A stretch of 64,000 nt of DNA from a candidate division WWE3 bacterium CSP1-7 (lineage in GTDB: Bacteria; Patescibacteriota; WWE3; 9FT-COMBO-53-11): positions 1 through 64,000 of the forward strand of contig LDXK01000001.1 of assembly GCA_001443395.1 (NCBI GenBank). Direction: 5' to 3'. Below are positions 28,601 through 37,915 of this stretch, in pieces. The stretch's first letter is position 1. Every line of letters begins with the position of its first letter. The position numbers and the translations under genes were made by a program. Under the pieces are notes generated by a model. That model had not been told where the DNA came from, did no database searches, and worked only from the letters and a program-made list of their open reading frames with translations.

Positions 28601-28629
28601 ATAGTATACTATACCAGAAATGATGTCAA
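28601..28629 (-). promoter_or_regulatory. Sigma70 promoter of the TrpR-like gene overlapped by the palindrome
   Basis: TTGACA-17-TACTAT on minus strand; ATAGTATACTAT at 28601-28612. Confidence 0.65.
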
Positions 28630-28706
28630 GTCGTTGGGATAATGTTCCAGATGTGGTTGTAACCAAAGGCAAAATAGGAAAACAGTTGTTTCTCGGTTTG
28701 GAGCAC

Positions 28707-28960
28707 AAAAAAAAGCTCGTGAAGGGGTAGGTCTTCACGAGCAATGATTCCGTCCTCAGCCTGGGGGCACCTAGCAGGCCTCGGACTTTTACCAGACGGC
28801 AGCGTTTTTAGGCGAAGGTTTTCTGCCCGAGCGCGGTATCCCGAAGGTTCCGGCGGCCGAGTAGCTCTTGTCTTGGGTGCCCCCCAAGAACTCCCCAGCG
28901 CCGTAAGCGACGGGGCGCAGCTCACGTGCCGACAGCAATCTAGGCCGGCGGCAAGGCAGT
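28707..28960 (-). ncRNA. Unidentified structured ncRNA (RNA-B, about 250 nt)
   Basis: TTTACT-16-TATAAT promoter; multiple stems, cUUCGg loop, G-U wobbles favour minus strand; terminator GCTCGTGAAG/CTTCACGAGC-T8. Confidence 0.7.
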
Positions 28961-28999
28961 AACTTTGATTATAAGTTATTTGAAAGAAAAGTAAAGTAT

Positions 29000-29027
29000 G
29001 TGCTGTCTTCGCTTCACTCGGTTGCAC
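29000..29027 (-). repeat. Short dispersed repeat, copy 2, between the two ncRNA genes
   Basis: GTGCAACCGAGTGAAGCGAAGACAGCAC. Confidence 0.7.
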
Positions 29028-29233
29028 AAAAAAAGAAGGAGAAATCAACCGTGAAGCTGATTTCTCCCTGGTAGAGAGGAGCGAACCCTGCAACTTGGGA
29101 GCGCCACAAGCTGCAGGACAAACGCTCATTGCTTAGGACAAGCAACCTGCGGAAAAGCTCACCTCAAAGACCCGGCTCAGCGAAAGCGCCCCTAGCCCAA
29201 CCTCCAAGACAAGACGATAAGTCGACGCAGGCA
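29028..29233 (-). ncRNA. Unidentified structured ncRNA (RNA-A, about 205 nt)
   Basis: TTGACA(29268-29263)-17-TACCAT promoter; stems GCCTGCG/CGCAGGT, TTGCTT/AAGCAA, CCTGCAGCTTG/CAAGTTGCAGG; terminator GGAGAAATCAGC/GTTGATTTCTCC plus T-tract. Confidence 0.7.
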
Positions 29234-29298
29234 AGTAAGATGGTAACCGAAAGGAAAAACTATGTCAATAGGACGCCCGCCTAAGGCGGGTTCTAATA

Positions 29299-30519
29299 TC
29301 AAAATCCCGGTGGTTTTTTAATATGCCAGTAGCTCGTAACAATATTTCCGTGATCGACCCTAATACCATACCCGAGACCGTTGTAGGGAATCCCCCGACT
29401 CCGACAAATTGCGCCGTAACTTGGGCCGTCGTTCACGATGCTCGCCACCCCATTGGCCGAAGCATAAACCGTTCCGTCTCTTGAAACGAGATCCAAAGCG
29501 CGGTGGTAAGCCCAGTAGGATTGGGTCAAATAGCTTCCCTCCGCGCCGGGGGCTCGGAAAGAACTGCTGTAGACGTACCCACCGGAAGAAAAATAGCTCC
29601 CGGAACTGCACTTTCCTCCTGACACCCTCACATAACCGCACGGACTGAGTGCAGAAAGGGACCCAACCGCTTCTTTCGAAGGATTGGAATCCCAGTAAAC
29701 CGAGTAGTGGATGTGGGGTCCGGTAGAACAGCCGGTTGATCCCTGGATCGCGATCGGGTCTCCCTTCTTGACCGGCCCCAGCCGATATCCCTTGCTGCGC
29801 AAAGCCGCGAGGATCGCCGCCTGTTCCTCCTCGAGGTGCTTAAGGAGATTCCGATAACTCGCCTCCTCGCCCCGCGTTTCCGCCAAAAACTGTCTCTTGG
29901 AATTCTGCTGGGAAATCAAACCGGCTTTCTGCTCCTCTACCTCCTTCTTAAGCTGCTCCACATCCGCCTTCTCGTTCTCCAGAGTTTTCTTTTGGTCATT
30001 GAAAGAGGTGCGGGTATCGCGCATATCACTGAGAGCCTGGACGTCCTGGTCCTCTAAAACTCGGAGGTATTTGATCCGGCGGAGGGCGTCGTCCAGATTC
30101 CCCGCTCCCAAAACAATGTCGAAAGAAGAGAGCTGGTCGGAGGCGTAGGCCAGTCGAGCCCGATTAGCAAAGATTTCCTCCTGGTAGTCCAAGAAATTGC
30201 CAATTCTCTCCAACCGCGTGGAGAGATCGCCGATATCCCCAGACAACACTTTAATCTCCTCCTCCTTGGCTTGAATCTCCAATTCGGTCAAGTAAATCTG
30301 GTTATCCAAGTAGGCGATCTGGTTAGCGAGGGTATTCTCCAGACCGTCCAGACGGGAGATTTCTTTTTTAACCCGCTCAATCTCCTTGGTACAAGAAAAA
30401 TAATCCGTACATCCGGCGTTGGTTGGAATACTCCTAAAAGTTAGGAAGTAAAAGAAAAGAATGGAAAAGAGAGCGATCCGCAACAGGAATTTGAACATCG
30501 TTAAAGGCTTGGGCAGCAT
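29299..30519 (-). CDS. FtsEX-associated coiled-coil protein with M23-like C-terminus (EnvC-like)
   Basis: Signal peptide, long coiled coil, STGPHIHY, YHRALD, YWH. Confidence 0.85.
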   Translation of the reverse strand: MLPKPLTMFKFLLRIALFSILFFYFLTFRSIPTNAGCTDYFSCTKEIERVKKEISRLDGLENTLANQIAYLDNQIYLTELEIQAKEEEIKVLSGDIGDLSTRLERIGNFLDYQEEIFANRARLAYASDQLSSFDIVLGAGNLDDALRRIKYLRVLEDQDVQALSDMRDTRTSFNDQKKTLENEKADVEQLKKEVEEQKAGLISQQNSKRQFLAETRGEEASYRNLLKHLEEEQAAILAALRSKGYRLGPVKKGDPIAIQGSTGCSTGPHIHYSVYWDSNPSKEAVGSLSALSPCGYVRVSGGKCSSGSYFSSGGYVYSSSFRAPGAEGSYLTQSYWAYHRALDLVSRDGTVYASANGVASIVNDGPSYGAICRSRGIPYNGLGYGIRVDHGNIVTSYWHIKKPPGF

Positions 30520-30559
30520 ACTGTCCCTATTCTACCCCACTTTTATAGTCGGAGGTAAT

Positions 30560-31801
30560 TTAATTTACCCGAACGACGTACGTTCCACTCACCGAGGAAT
30601 TGCTGTAATACCTATTCAGAGGAATGTCGTGCGCGCCCGCGTACCAAGGATCGTTCATAATGTACTGGCTGCCGGATTTCCCTTTGATAACGACGTAGTG
30701 CCCAAAATTCATCACGGCTACTACGACCGGCCGACCGGCCGCCAGCTCCCTGTCGATAACCGTCCGGTTCAGTCCGGAATATCTTTCCGTTCGAGACATA
30801 TACACGCCCCTAACCGTAAAGCTGTAGTTTAACCAAGCGGTATTAGAAAAGAAAGCCGAGGGAGTCGAAGATATATCTCCGGGATTAATATTCTTACCGT
30901 AATGGCTGGCAACCATCGCCATTGATGTCACCAAACAGCCGTACTCTCCCGTTGCCAATCTTGAATAACCCATTGCTGTGTAGAACCACCGAGCATCACG
31001 CTGGTTGTAGTAACAACCCCAGGAGTTGCAGCGTGTTTGGTTGTAGAGCGGCGTGGATCCTCCTCTTAAATTTACCGCCCGCCGAATGGCTTCCAGCTGG
31101 GACTGGGCCTCCTTGAGCAAGCGCTGGTAGGTCTGCTCATCGTTCCTAGTAACAACCAGTAGATTTTGTTTGGAAATTTTCTGTTGGGCCAGAGAGTCTT
31201 CTTTCTGGTTCAGCTCTTTCCTAAGTTTCTCCTCATCAGATTTCTTGTTAACCAGAGTTTTCTTTTGGTCATTGAAAGAGGTGCGGGTATCGCGCATCTC
31301 GCCGAGCGCTTGAACGTCCTGGTCCTCCAAGACGTGGAGATATTTGATCCGGCGCAAGGCATCATCCAAATTCTCTGCTCCCAAAACAATGTCGAAGGAG
31401 GAGAGCTGGTCGGAGGCGTAGGCGAGACGGGCCCGATTAGCAAAGATCTCTTCCTGGTAGTCCAAGAAATTGCCAATTCTCTCCAACCGCGTGGAGAGAT
31501 CGCCGATATCGGCAGAAAGTAGTTTTATCTCTTCCTCTTTAGCTCTAATCTCCAATTGGGTGAGATAAATTTGGTCGTCAAGGTAGATGATCTGGTTTGC
31601 GAGAGTGTTCTTCTGGTTACGCAAGCTAGATAGTTTCTTTTTGTAGGCGTCAATTTGCTTAAGAAGATCAGTTGTACTATCTGCTTTTGTAATCTCGGTA
31701 GGAGCTGAAACCAGAAGCAAGGGGATCAGGAAAAAAACGGAGAGTAAAACGAAAATCTTCTTAAGATAACCCTTTAACGTAGTCAAAGGCTTGGGCAGCA
31801 T
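30560..31801 (-). CDS. FtsEX-associated coiled-coil protein with C39-like cysteine peptidase (PcsB/CwlO-like architecture)
   Basis: YYNQRD..W, GCLVTSMAMV, GHYVVIKG, MNDP. Confidence 0.85.
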   Translation of the reverse strand: MLPKPLTTLKGYLKKIFVLLSVFFLIPLLLVSAPTEITKADSTTDLLKQIDAYKKKLSSLRNQKNTLANQIIYLDDQIYLTQLEIRAKEEEIKLLSADIGDLSTRLERIGNFLDYQEEIFANRARLAYASDQLSSFDIVLGAENLDDALRRIKYLHVLEDQDVQALGEMRDTRTSFNDQKKTLVNKKSDEEKLRKELNQKEDSLAQQKISKQNLLVVTRNDEQTYQRLLKEAQSQLEAIRRAVNLRGGSTPLYNQTRCNSWGCYYNQRDARWFYTAMGYSRLATGEYGCLVTSMAMVASHYGKNINPGDISSTPSAFFSNTAWLNYSFTVRGVYMSRTERYSGLNRTVIDRELAAGRPVVVAVMNFGHYVVIKGKSGSQYIMNDPWYAGAHDIPLNRYYSNSSVSGTYVVRVN

Positions 31802-31821
31802 TCTACCCCTATTTTAGCAGG

Positions 31822-32697
31822 TCAAACCTTGAGGTAGCGATTGACAGCGAGCCAGCTCCCAAAAGAGCCAATGAAGATCCCCGCCAGCGCTTCCAATCCG
31901 ACCAATCCCAGTTGGAACAGGACCGAAGGGTCGGTCAGGGGGACGTTAGCGAAGAAGCCGCGGATGTAAGGGAAAACCGCCGGAATCGCCAGGGTGATGA
32001 TCCCCCCCGATATCACCGCCGCCAGGAAACCGTAGATCGCCCCCTGGATAATGAACGGCAGGCGAACATAGTTTTTGGTGGCGCCGAGGAGCGCCATAAT
32101 CTCGATCTCCTCTTCCATCGAGTGGATGATCAACCCCACCGTCGTCAGGACCACGACCACCGAGATTCCCGCAAAAAGCACAACCAACGCGAGCAGGGCC
32201 ATCCGGGTAACGTTCACCAAATTCTTAAAACGTTCCACCACATCCTGATAGAAGGCCACCTCCTCCACCAGATCATTTCCTTTGAAAAATTCGGCGATGC
32301 CGGGAAGATCTTCCAAACTATCAGTGCGGACATCTAAACTAGCCGGCAGGACATTGGTCGGAATTCCTTCCAGGAGCTCGGGCTTGTCCTTAAACTGCTC
32401 CGAATAAAGCGCAAAAGCTTCGTCCTTGGAGGTGTAGACCACCTCTTTTACCCCCGACCGTTGGAGAAGTTCATTCCGAATCGAAAAAATCTGGTCCTCG
32501 GTGGCGTCGTCTTTGAAAAAGGCTGTCACCAGCGCCCGGGACTCGTAGTAATCCAGAATCTTTCCCGCCCCGAAAGCAAAAAGAGCTAAGGCGGAAGTCG
32601 CCCCAAAAGTGAGCGTAATCACCAAGACCGTGGTTAACGAAAGACCACCGTGGCGGGTAATTCCTAAAATGGCGTTGCGCAATATTCTACGAAGCAT
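31822..32697 (-). CDS. ftsX: Cell division permease FtsX
   Basis: EIEIMALLGAT...PFIIQG; 4 TM; adjacent ftsE. Confidence 0.92.
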   Translation of the reverse strand: MLRRILRNAILGITRHGGLSLTTVLVITLTFGATSALALFAFGAGKILDYYESRALVTAFFKDDATEDQIFSIRNELLQRSGVKEVVYTSKDEAFALYSEQFKDKPELLEGIPTNVLPASLDVRTDSLEDLPGIAEFFKGNDLVEEVAFYQDVVERFKNLVNVTRMALLALVVLFAGISVVVVLTTVGLIIHSMEEEIEIMALLGATKNYVRLPFIIQGAIYGFLAAVISGGIITLAIPAVFPYIRGFFANVPLTDPSVLFQLGLVGLEALAGIFIGSFGSWLAVNRYLKV

Positions 32698-33367
32698 ATT
32701 TTCCTTTCTTTTGATCCTTGACGACTTTCCCCTTATCCAAACCGATCACGCGCCGGCCAAGCCGGTTCACGATGTCGGCGGCGTGGGTCGCCACCAGAAC
32801 GGTCGTGCCCATCTCGTTGATCTTCTCCAACAGCTTGATCGCCGACCAAGCGCTGTCGGGATCGATGTTGCCGGTGGGCTCGTCCGCAATCAGGATCTTG
32901 GGTTCGGGAGCGAGGGCCCGCGCAAACGCCAGCCGCTGCCGCTCTCCTCCGGAAAGCTGGTAGGGAAAGTGGTGCATTCGATCCCCCAATCCCACCAGAG
33001 ACAGGACGTGCGGCACTACCTCTTTGATCTCCGAATCGGGCCGGCCCAGGACTTCCAGCGCCAACGCGACGTTTTCAAACGCGGTTTTCTCCGGAAGAAG
33101 TTTGTAATCCTGATGGACCACTCCCAACTCTCGCCGGTGTTGGAGAAGTTCCTGGCCGAACAGATTCGCCACGCTCCGGCCGCTCACCTCTAGTTCTCCC
33201 TCGGTCGGAATTTCCTCCCGAGTTAGAAGCCGAACCAGGGTGGTCTTCCCCGCCCCGGAAGGGCCGACAATGAAAAGAAATTCTCCGGGAGAAACTTCGA
33301 AAGAAACTTTCTCAAGCGCCGCCGTCCCATCGGGGTAGTGTTTGCTGACTTCTTGAAAATTTATCAT
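32687..33367 (-). CDS. ftsE: Cell division ATP-binding protein FtsE
   Basis: GPSGAGKTT, QDYKLL, LSGGE, ADEPTGNID, ATH. Confidence 0.93.
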   Translation of the reverse strand: MINFQEVSKHYPDGTAALEKVSFEVSPGEFLFIVGPSGAGKTTLVRLLTREEIPTEGELEVSGRSVANLFGQELLQHRRELGVVHQDYKLLPEKTAFENVALALEVLGRPDSEIKEVVPHVLSLVGLGDRMHHFPYQLSGGERQRLAFARALAPEPKILIADEPTGNIDPDSAWSAIKLLEKINEMGTTVLVATHAADIVNRLGRRVIGLDKGKVVKDQKKGKYAS

Positions 33368-33813
33368 TTAAGTCGAACAAGATTGACAAACAAAATCTGC
33401 TCTTTTCCATCCGAACTGGAAACGACCACCCCTTCCACCGTGACCGAAGAATCTTTAAAGAAACCGACGTCGGTGCTCGTGCTCTTTAACAGGATCCGCT
33501 TGCCCTCTTCCAGTTCCAAGTAATAATCGGCGCCCTCCTTCGGCTCGCTCAATACTCTCACAACTCCCGTGTAGGAAGACAACTGATTGTCGCCATTGGT
33601 GGTCCCGGAATCCAGAAGAGGAGTGGCGGTGGGGGTGTAGGGGCTCAGAACGATTCCAAAAACTACTCCGAGGAGAGCGAAACCCAACGCCAGCGCCAAC
33701 ACCAAGAGGATAATCCGGCGGCGCGGCATGGCGGAAAGACGGCTCTCCGCGGTGGTGAAGGCGGTCTTGAAACGGGAGATAAATGGCGAAATTTTGGGCG
33801 GGACGTCGGCCAT
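33364..33813 (-). CDS. Single-TM hypothetical protein with a small beta-rich domain
   Basis: TM helix then beta-rich domain; ATGA overlap with ftsE. Confidence 0.7.
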   Translation of the reverse strand: MADVPPKISPFISRFKTAFTTAESRLSAMPRRRIILLVLALALGFALLGVVFGIVLSPYTPTATPLLDSGTTNGDNQLSSYTGVVRVLSEPKEGADYYLELEEGKRILLKSTSTDVGFFKDSSVTVEGVVVSSSDGKEQILFVNLVRLK

Positions 33814-33832
33814 CAAAAAAATAATAACACCT

Positions 33833-34843
33833 TTAAATAATCTCCTGCTTAAGTTCGGCCTCGATGAAAGAATCGAGTTCTCCGTCCAAAACAGAATCCG
33901 GATCCTTGGATTCAAAACCGGTGCGGAGATCCTTTACCTGCTTGTAGGGATGGAGAACATAGGAACGGATCTGGTTTCCCCAGCCGGGAGTGAGATACTC
34001 GCCGCGAAGCTGGGCTTCTTTCTGGCGGCGCTCTTCCTCCACCCGCGCAAACAGTTTTGCCTTGAGCAGTTTGAGCGCGATTTCCTTGTTTTTGGCCTGG
34101 TGCCGCTCGACCTGGCAGGTGACCACGATACCAGTTGGCTTGTGGCGAATCCGGACCGCAGTCTCCACCTTCTGGACATTCTGACCTCCCTTTCCGGAAG
34201 AGCGGAAAGTTCCTACTTCCAGGTCGTCATCCCGGATCTCGATCTCCGGGATCTCTTCCAAGAGCGGAATGACCTCCACCAGGGCGAAGGAGGTCTGGCG
34301 CAGATTCTGGGCGTTGAAAGGCGATTGGCGCACCAGCCGGTGGACGCCCGCCTCTCCTTTTAGGTAACCGAAGGCGAGGTTCCCCTTGATCTCAAAAGTC
34401 ACCGACTTGAATCCGGCTTCCTCCCCCGGGCTCTGCTCCAAAACAACCGTCTTCCAGCCCCGCCGCTCGGCGAGCCGCTGGTACATTCTCGCCAGCATCG
34501 CCACCCAATCCTGGGCTTCCGTTCCTCCCTGCCCCGAGTGGAGAGCGAGAATCGCATCGCTCTTGTCGTAGGGCGCGGACAGATAGGTTCTTAGCTCCAG
34601 CTTTCCCAGGAGTTCTTCCGCCATCTGGGACTCACCCACCTCGATCGCTAATTCCGTTTCTTCCACCTCGGCAATCTCCCGCTTTAGGTCGGCAATCTCC
34701 CGCATTACCTCTTGGGCCTTGAGATTGTCTTTCCAGAGGCCGGGGTGGGTAGACTGGGCTTCCAGGTCCCGCAGAACTCTCCTCTTCTCCTCAAAATCAA
34801 TTGTTTCTTTGATCTGTACTAAGCGTTTTTTAAGGTCATTCAT
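33833..34843 (-). CDS. prfB: Peptide chain release factor 2 (no internal frameshift)
   Basis: SPF motif, [12 protein letters not shown]. Confidence 0.96.
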   Translation of the reverse strand: MNDLKKRLVQIKETIDFEEKRRVLRDLEAQSTHPGLWKDNLKAQEVMREIADLKREIAEVEETELAIEVGESQMAEELLGKLELRTYLSAPYDKSDAILALHSGQGGTEAQDWVAMLARMYQRLAERRGWKTVVLEQSPGEEAGFKSVTFEIKGNLAFGYLKGEAGVHRLVRQSPFNAQNLRQTSFALVEVIPLLEEIPEIEIRDDDLEVGTFRSSGKGGQNVQKVETAVRIRHKPTGIVVTCQVERHQAKNKEIALKLLKAKLFARVEEERRQKEAQLRGEYLTPGWGNQIRSYVLHPYKQVKDLRTGFESKDPDSVLDGELDSFIEAELKQEII

Positions 34844-34855
34844 TTTTATTTCTCT

Positions 34856-34891
34856 AAAAATGCTAGGTCGTTTCTTCGGCCGTCCATTTTT
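34856..34891 (-). repeat. GAC/TAG hairpin family copy upstream of prfB
   Basis: AAAAATG-GAC-G-GCCG AAGAAA CGAC-C-TAG-CATTTTT then AGAGAAATAAAAATG. Confidence 0.75.
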
Positions 34892-37463
34892 ATTTGCTCA
34901 AGAAATCGAGATCGAGGGTGACGGTCTGCCCTTCTTTGATTTCACCGGTCAGAAGTTTGGTCGCCAACCGGGACTCCACCATATCCTGCATCACCCGGGT
35001 CAGGGGCCGGGCTCCCCACTCCGGAGCATAACCCATTTCGGCAATTTTAGCCGTAAACTCGGGGGTCGCCACAAGCTTGATGCTCTTGGCGGCCAAGTCT
35101 TTCTCCAATCCCTTGATCTTCAACTTGACAATCTTGCCCAGGTTCTCCTGGGAGAGCGGTTTGAAAATCATCACCCCATCGAACCGGTTCAAGAGTTCCG
35201 GCGGGAAAATACTTCGGATGTGCTCGAGGAATTCCTTCTTAAAATCCTCCACTCCCCGCCCCGCCATTAATTGGTCCTGGATGTATTTGGTGCCGGCGTT
35301 GGAGGTGGCGATGATGATGGTGTTGGTGAAGTCCACCGTTACGCCCCGGCCGTCGGTCAACCGCCCATCGTCGAAGACCTGCAGGAAGAGGTTGAGGATC
35401 TGGGGATGGGCCTTCTCAAACTCGTCCAACAGAACCAGAGAAAACGGTCGCTGGCGGATCGCTTCGGTGAGCTGGCCGGGTTCGACGCTCCCGGTTCCCG
35501 GGGGCGAACCGATCAGGCGGTAGATGTTCTTTAGGTCGGCAAACTCCGACATGTCCACCCGCGCCATCGCCTCTTTGTCCCCGAAATAGTGCTTGGCGAG
35601 GACCTTGGAGAGCTCGGTTTTTCCCACCCCGGTCGGTCCCACAAACAGGAAAGTGGAAATCGGTTTGTCTTCTTCGCGAATGCCGGCCCGCGACCGCCGC
35701 AGCGCATCGGCCACTCCCTTCACCGCTTCTTCCTGATTGATCAGTTCGGTGTGAATCCTCTCCTCCAGATTGAGAAGTTCCTTCGCCTCTTTTTGGGTGA
35801 TTTTGGTGACCGGAACTTTGGTTTTCTCGGAGACTAGAACGGCAATTTCCTCCTCTCCTACCACTCCTCCTCCGGTGTTCTTCTTCGCCAGGACCGCTTC
35901 CTCCAGAAGATCGATCGCCTTATCGGGCAGAACCCGCTCGTAGATCAACCGATCGGACATCTCCACCGCCGCGCGGATCGCCGGAAAAACAATCCGCACC
36001 GGCTTATGTTCTATCCGACTTGTCTTCTCCATCGCCTGCAACTGATACTCCAAAATCTCCAGGCTGTCTTCCCGCGTAGCCGCCGGCACCTCCACCAGCT
36101 CGAAAACCGCCGAAAAAGCATCGTTCGGTGAGATATATTTTCGGTAGTTCTCCCAAGAAGTAGCGCCGATCAGTTGGAGTTTACCGGTTTCAAGATGGGG
36201 ACGGAGAGAGTTGAAGATAAAGGAGGTCTGCGCCTCCGCTCCCGAAAGGATCAGATTGTGAATCTCGTCAATGAAGAGAACAATGCCACGGGAGATCTCG
36301 ACCTCATTCAGAATTTTTTGGATCCGTTCTCCCAACTCCCCTTCCGTCGGCGTCCCGGCCACCAGTGATCCGACGTCCAACTGAATAATCCGCCGGCCCT
36401 GGAGGGACACAAAGCGGGAACCCCGAACAACTTCCTGGGCAATTCCTTCCACCAGAGAACTTTTTCCCGAACCGGGCGGCCCAACCAAGAGGGCGTTGGC
36501 CTTTCGTTCCCGCGCCAAGATTCGGGCCGTTTCCTCGAGCGGCTTCTGCTTACCGATCATCAGTTTCAGCCGGCCGGCGGCGGCCTCCTTGGTCAAATCG
36601 ATGGAAAAAGTATCCAGGGTCGGGGTAACTCTTCCCGTCCAACCGCGATTGACGCCGCCAATCGGCCCCACCTCGTAATCGTCTTCCCAAATGAAGGGAA
36701 ACCGGACCCAATCTCTCCGTCTCTTCTCCCAGAGCAGAGATTGCTTAGCATCTTCCGATTTTTCCCCCGCGAGGCTGAGGGCCGCCGCCAGAAAATGAGA
36801 TGGGGAGATCGAGCTGAACTTGAGCGAGAAAGCCAGATCGTAGGCCCCCTTATAGATGTCTTTCAGAGGAGTGTCTTTGAGCCTCAGGGGGTCGAACTCC
36901 CCCACCCCGGTCCGGAAGAGAAATTCCCGGCCGGACTTTCCCCGAGCGAGTTTCCGGAATAACCGCGGCGGGTCTTTCACCGAAAGGATTGCCCAGCGAG
37001 CCGATTTGTGGACAAAATCCAGAAAATAAAACTTATCCTCCCAGGGACCGGTGATCTCGAGATGGGAACGTCCCATCCGCTTATAAAAAGCCAGAACCCC
37101 GGCGACCGCAAAAACCATCAGGGCGATGGAGGGGTAGTTAAAGAAGAGCCAAAACGGGAAGAGGAACCACAGCAAGAAAAAACCCAGGATGCCGACCGCC
37201 CCCAGGACGACGGCGATCGCCCCGATCAGCAACCGGACGAGACGAAAAGGAAAACCGAGAATTCTCCCGAAAAAGGTGTAGTCGCCGAACAGAGGGATAA
37301 AGAGAAGACGCGCCATCAAAGTCGTGGCCGTGATCTGGTCCAGATAAACAATTACCCGCCAAACGGTCCGGGTAAAATAGCGCACCCCTTCGACAAACCA
37401 AAAATAAGGCAGGTAGAGAAGCGCCTGGACCAGGTAAGAAGTTTCCGAAACTGCCCGATTCAT
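34890..37463 (-). CDS. ClpA/ClpC-family double AAA+ ATPase with N-terminal TM helices
   Basis: [14 protein letters not shown] and [16 protein letters not shown]; hydrophobic N-terminus. Confidence 0.9.
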   Translation of the reverse strand: MNRAVSETSYLVQALLYLPYFWFVEGVRYFTRTVWRVIVYLDQITATTLMARLLFIPLFGDYTFFGRILGFPFRLVRLLIGAIAVVLGAVGILGFFLLWFLFPFWLFFNYPSIALMVFAVAGVLAFYKRMGRSHLEITGPWEDKFYFLDFVHKSARWAILSVKDPPRLFRKLARGKSGREFLFRTGVGEFDPLRLKDTPLKDIYKGAYDLAFSLKFSSISPSHFLAAALSLAGEKSEDAKQSLLWEKRRRDWVRFPFIWEDDYEVGPIGGVNRGWTGRVTPTLDTFSIDLTKEAAAGRLKLMIGKQKPLEETARILARERKANALLVGPPGSGKSSLVEGIAQEVVRGSRFVSLQGRRIIQLDVGSLVAGTPTEGELGERIQKILNEVEISRGIVLFIDEIHNLILSGAEAQTSFIFNSLRPHLETGKLQLIGATSWENYRKYISPNDAFSAVFELVEVPAATREDSLEILEYQLQAMEKTSRIEHKPVRIVFPAIRAAVEMSDRLIYERVLPDKAIDLLEEAVLAKKNTGGGVVGEEEIAVLVSEKTKVPVTKITQKEAKELLNLEERIHTELINQEEAVKGVADALRRSRAGIREEDKPISTFLFVGPTGVGKTELSKVLAKHYFGDKEAMARVDMSEFADLKNIYRLIGSPPGTGSVEPGQLTEAIRQRPFSLVLLDEFEKAHPQILNLFLQVFDDGRLTDGRGVTVDFTNTIIIATSNAGTKYIQDQLMAGRGVEDFKKEFLEHIRSIFPPELLNRFDGVMIFKPLSQENLGKIVKLKIKGLEKDLAAKSIKLVATPEFTAKIAEMGYAPEWGARPLTRVMQDMVESRLATKLLTGEIKEGQTVTLDLDFLSK

Positions 37464-37482
37464 TGTTTTAATAATACAGGAC

Positions 37483-37848
37483 TTAACGCGCCAGCCAGAA
37501 AGAAACCAGGAAGAGCAGAATCAGGTGAAAGGACTGGTCGACGCCGAGGAGAAGCCAGACCGGCACGTCCTTCTCCGCCACCTTTTTGATCCGGCGGAGC
37601 CACCAGAACTCGAAGCGGCGGTTATCCAGGAGAGCGTGGGTCACCGCCAGGAACAAGGTCGCCCAAAATGCCTTCATAAAATCAACTCCAGCCAGGTAGA
37701 GCGCTCCAAAAGTAAAGATATGGTAACTAGCGACGTGCACCAAAAGAGGCGCAAAGTGCTTGGACTTCTCGTTCGCCATCCAATAGGTTTGGATAATCCA
37801 ATCGCCGATCAGATGGGCGATCAAAAGATAAATAAATATCTGGGCCAT
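37483..37848 (-). CDS. DUF3307-like membrane protein
   Basis: AHLIGDWIIQ, H..LD, DQSFH. Confidence 0.8.
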   Translation of the reverse strand: MAQIFIYLLIAHLIGDWIIQTYWMANEKSKHFAPLLVHVASYHIFTFGALYLAGVDFMKAFWATLFLAVTHALLDNRRFEFWWLRRIKKVAEKDVPVWLLLGVDQSFHLILLFLVSFWLAR

Positions 37849-37873
37849 TAATTCATATTATCTCAACACCTGG

Positions 37874-37905
37874 TAAGACGGCTCGGTTAAAGCCGAACCT
37901 AGTTA
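37874..37905 (+). repeat. GAC/TAG hairpin family copy
   Basis: TAA-GAC-G-GCTCGGT TAAA GCCGAAC-C-TAG-TTA; nearly identical to the 63954 copy. Confidence 0.7.
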
Positions 37906-37915
37906 TCCAGCACTC

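Noticed and set aside
28707-28960. RNase P RNA resemblance (GGUAAAAGUCCGAG could pair with CUCGGC; CAGAAAA)
   Set aside because: Conserved-region order is wrong and there is no ACAGAA...GGCUUA; not callable without a covariance search, though a split or permuted form is not excluded.
28626-29129. 167-aa ORF across the ncRNA region
   Set aside because: No SD, no recognisable motifs, and it runs through two terminators and a promoter.
34790-34843. Programmed +1 frameshift in prfB
   Set aside because: The ORF is continuous with no CTT-TGA site; frameshift-free prfB is known in other lineages.
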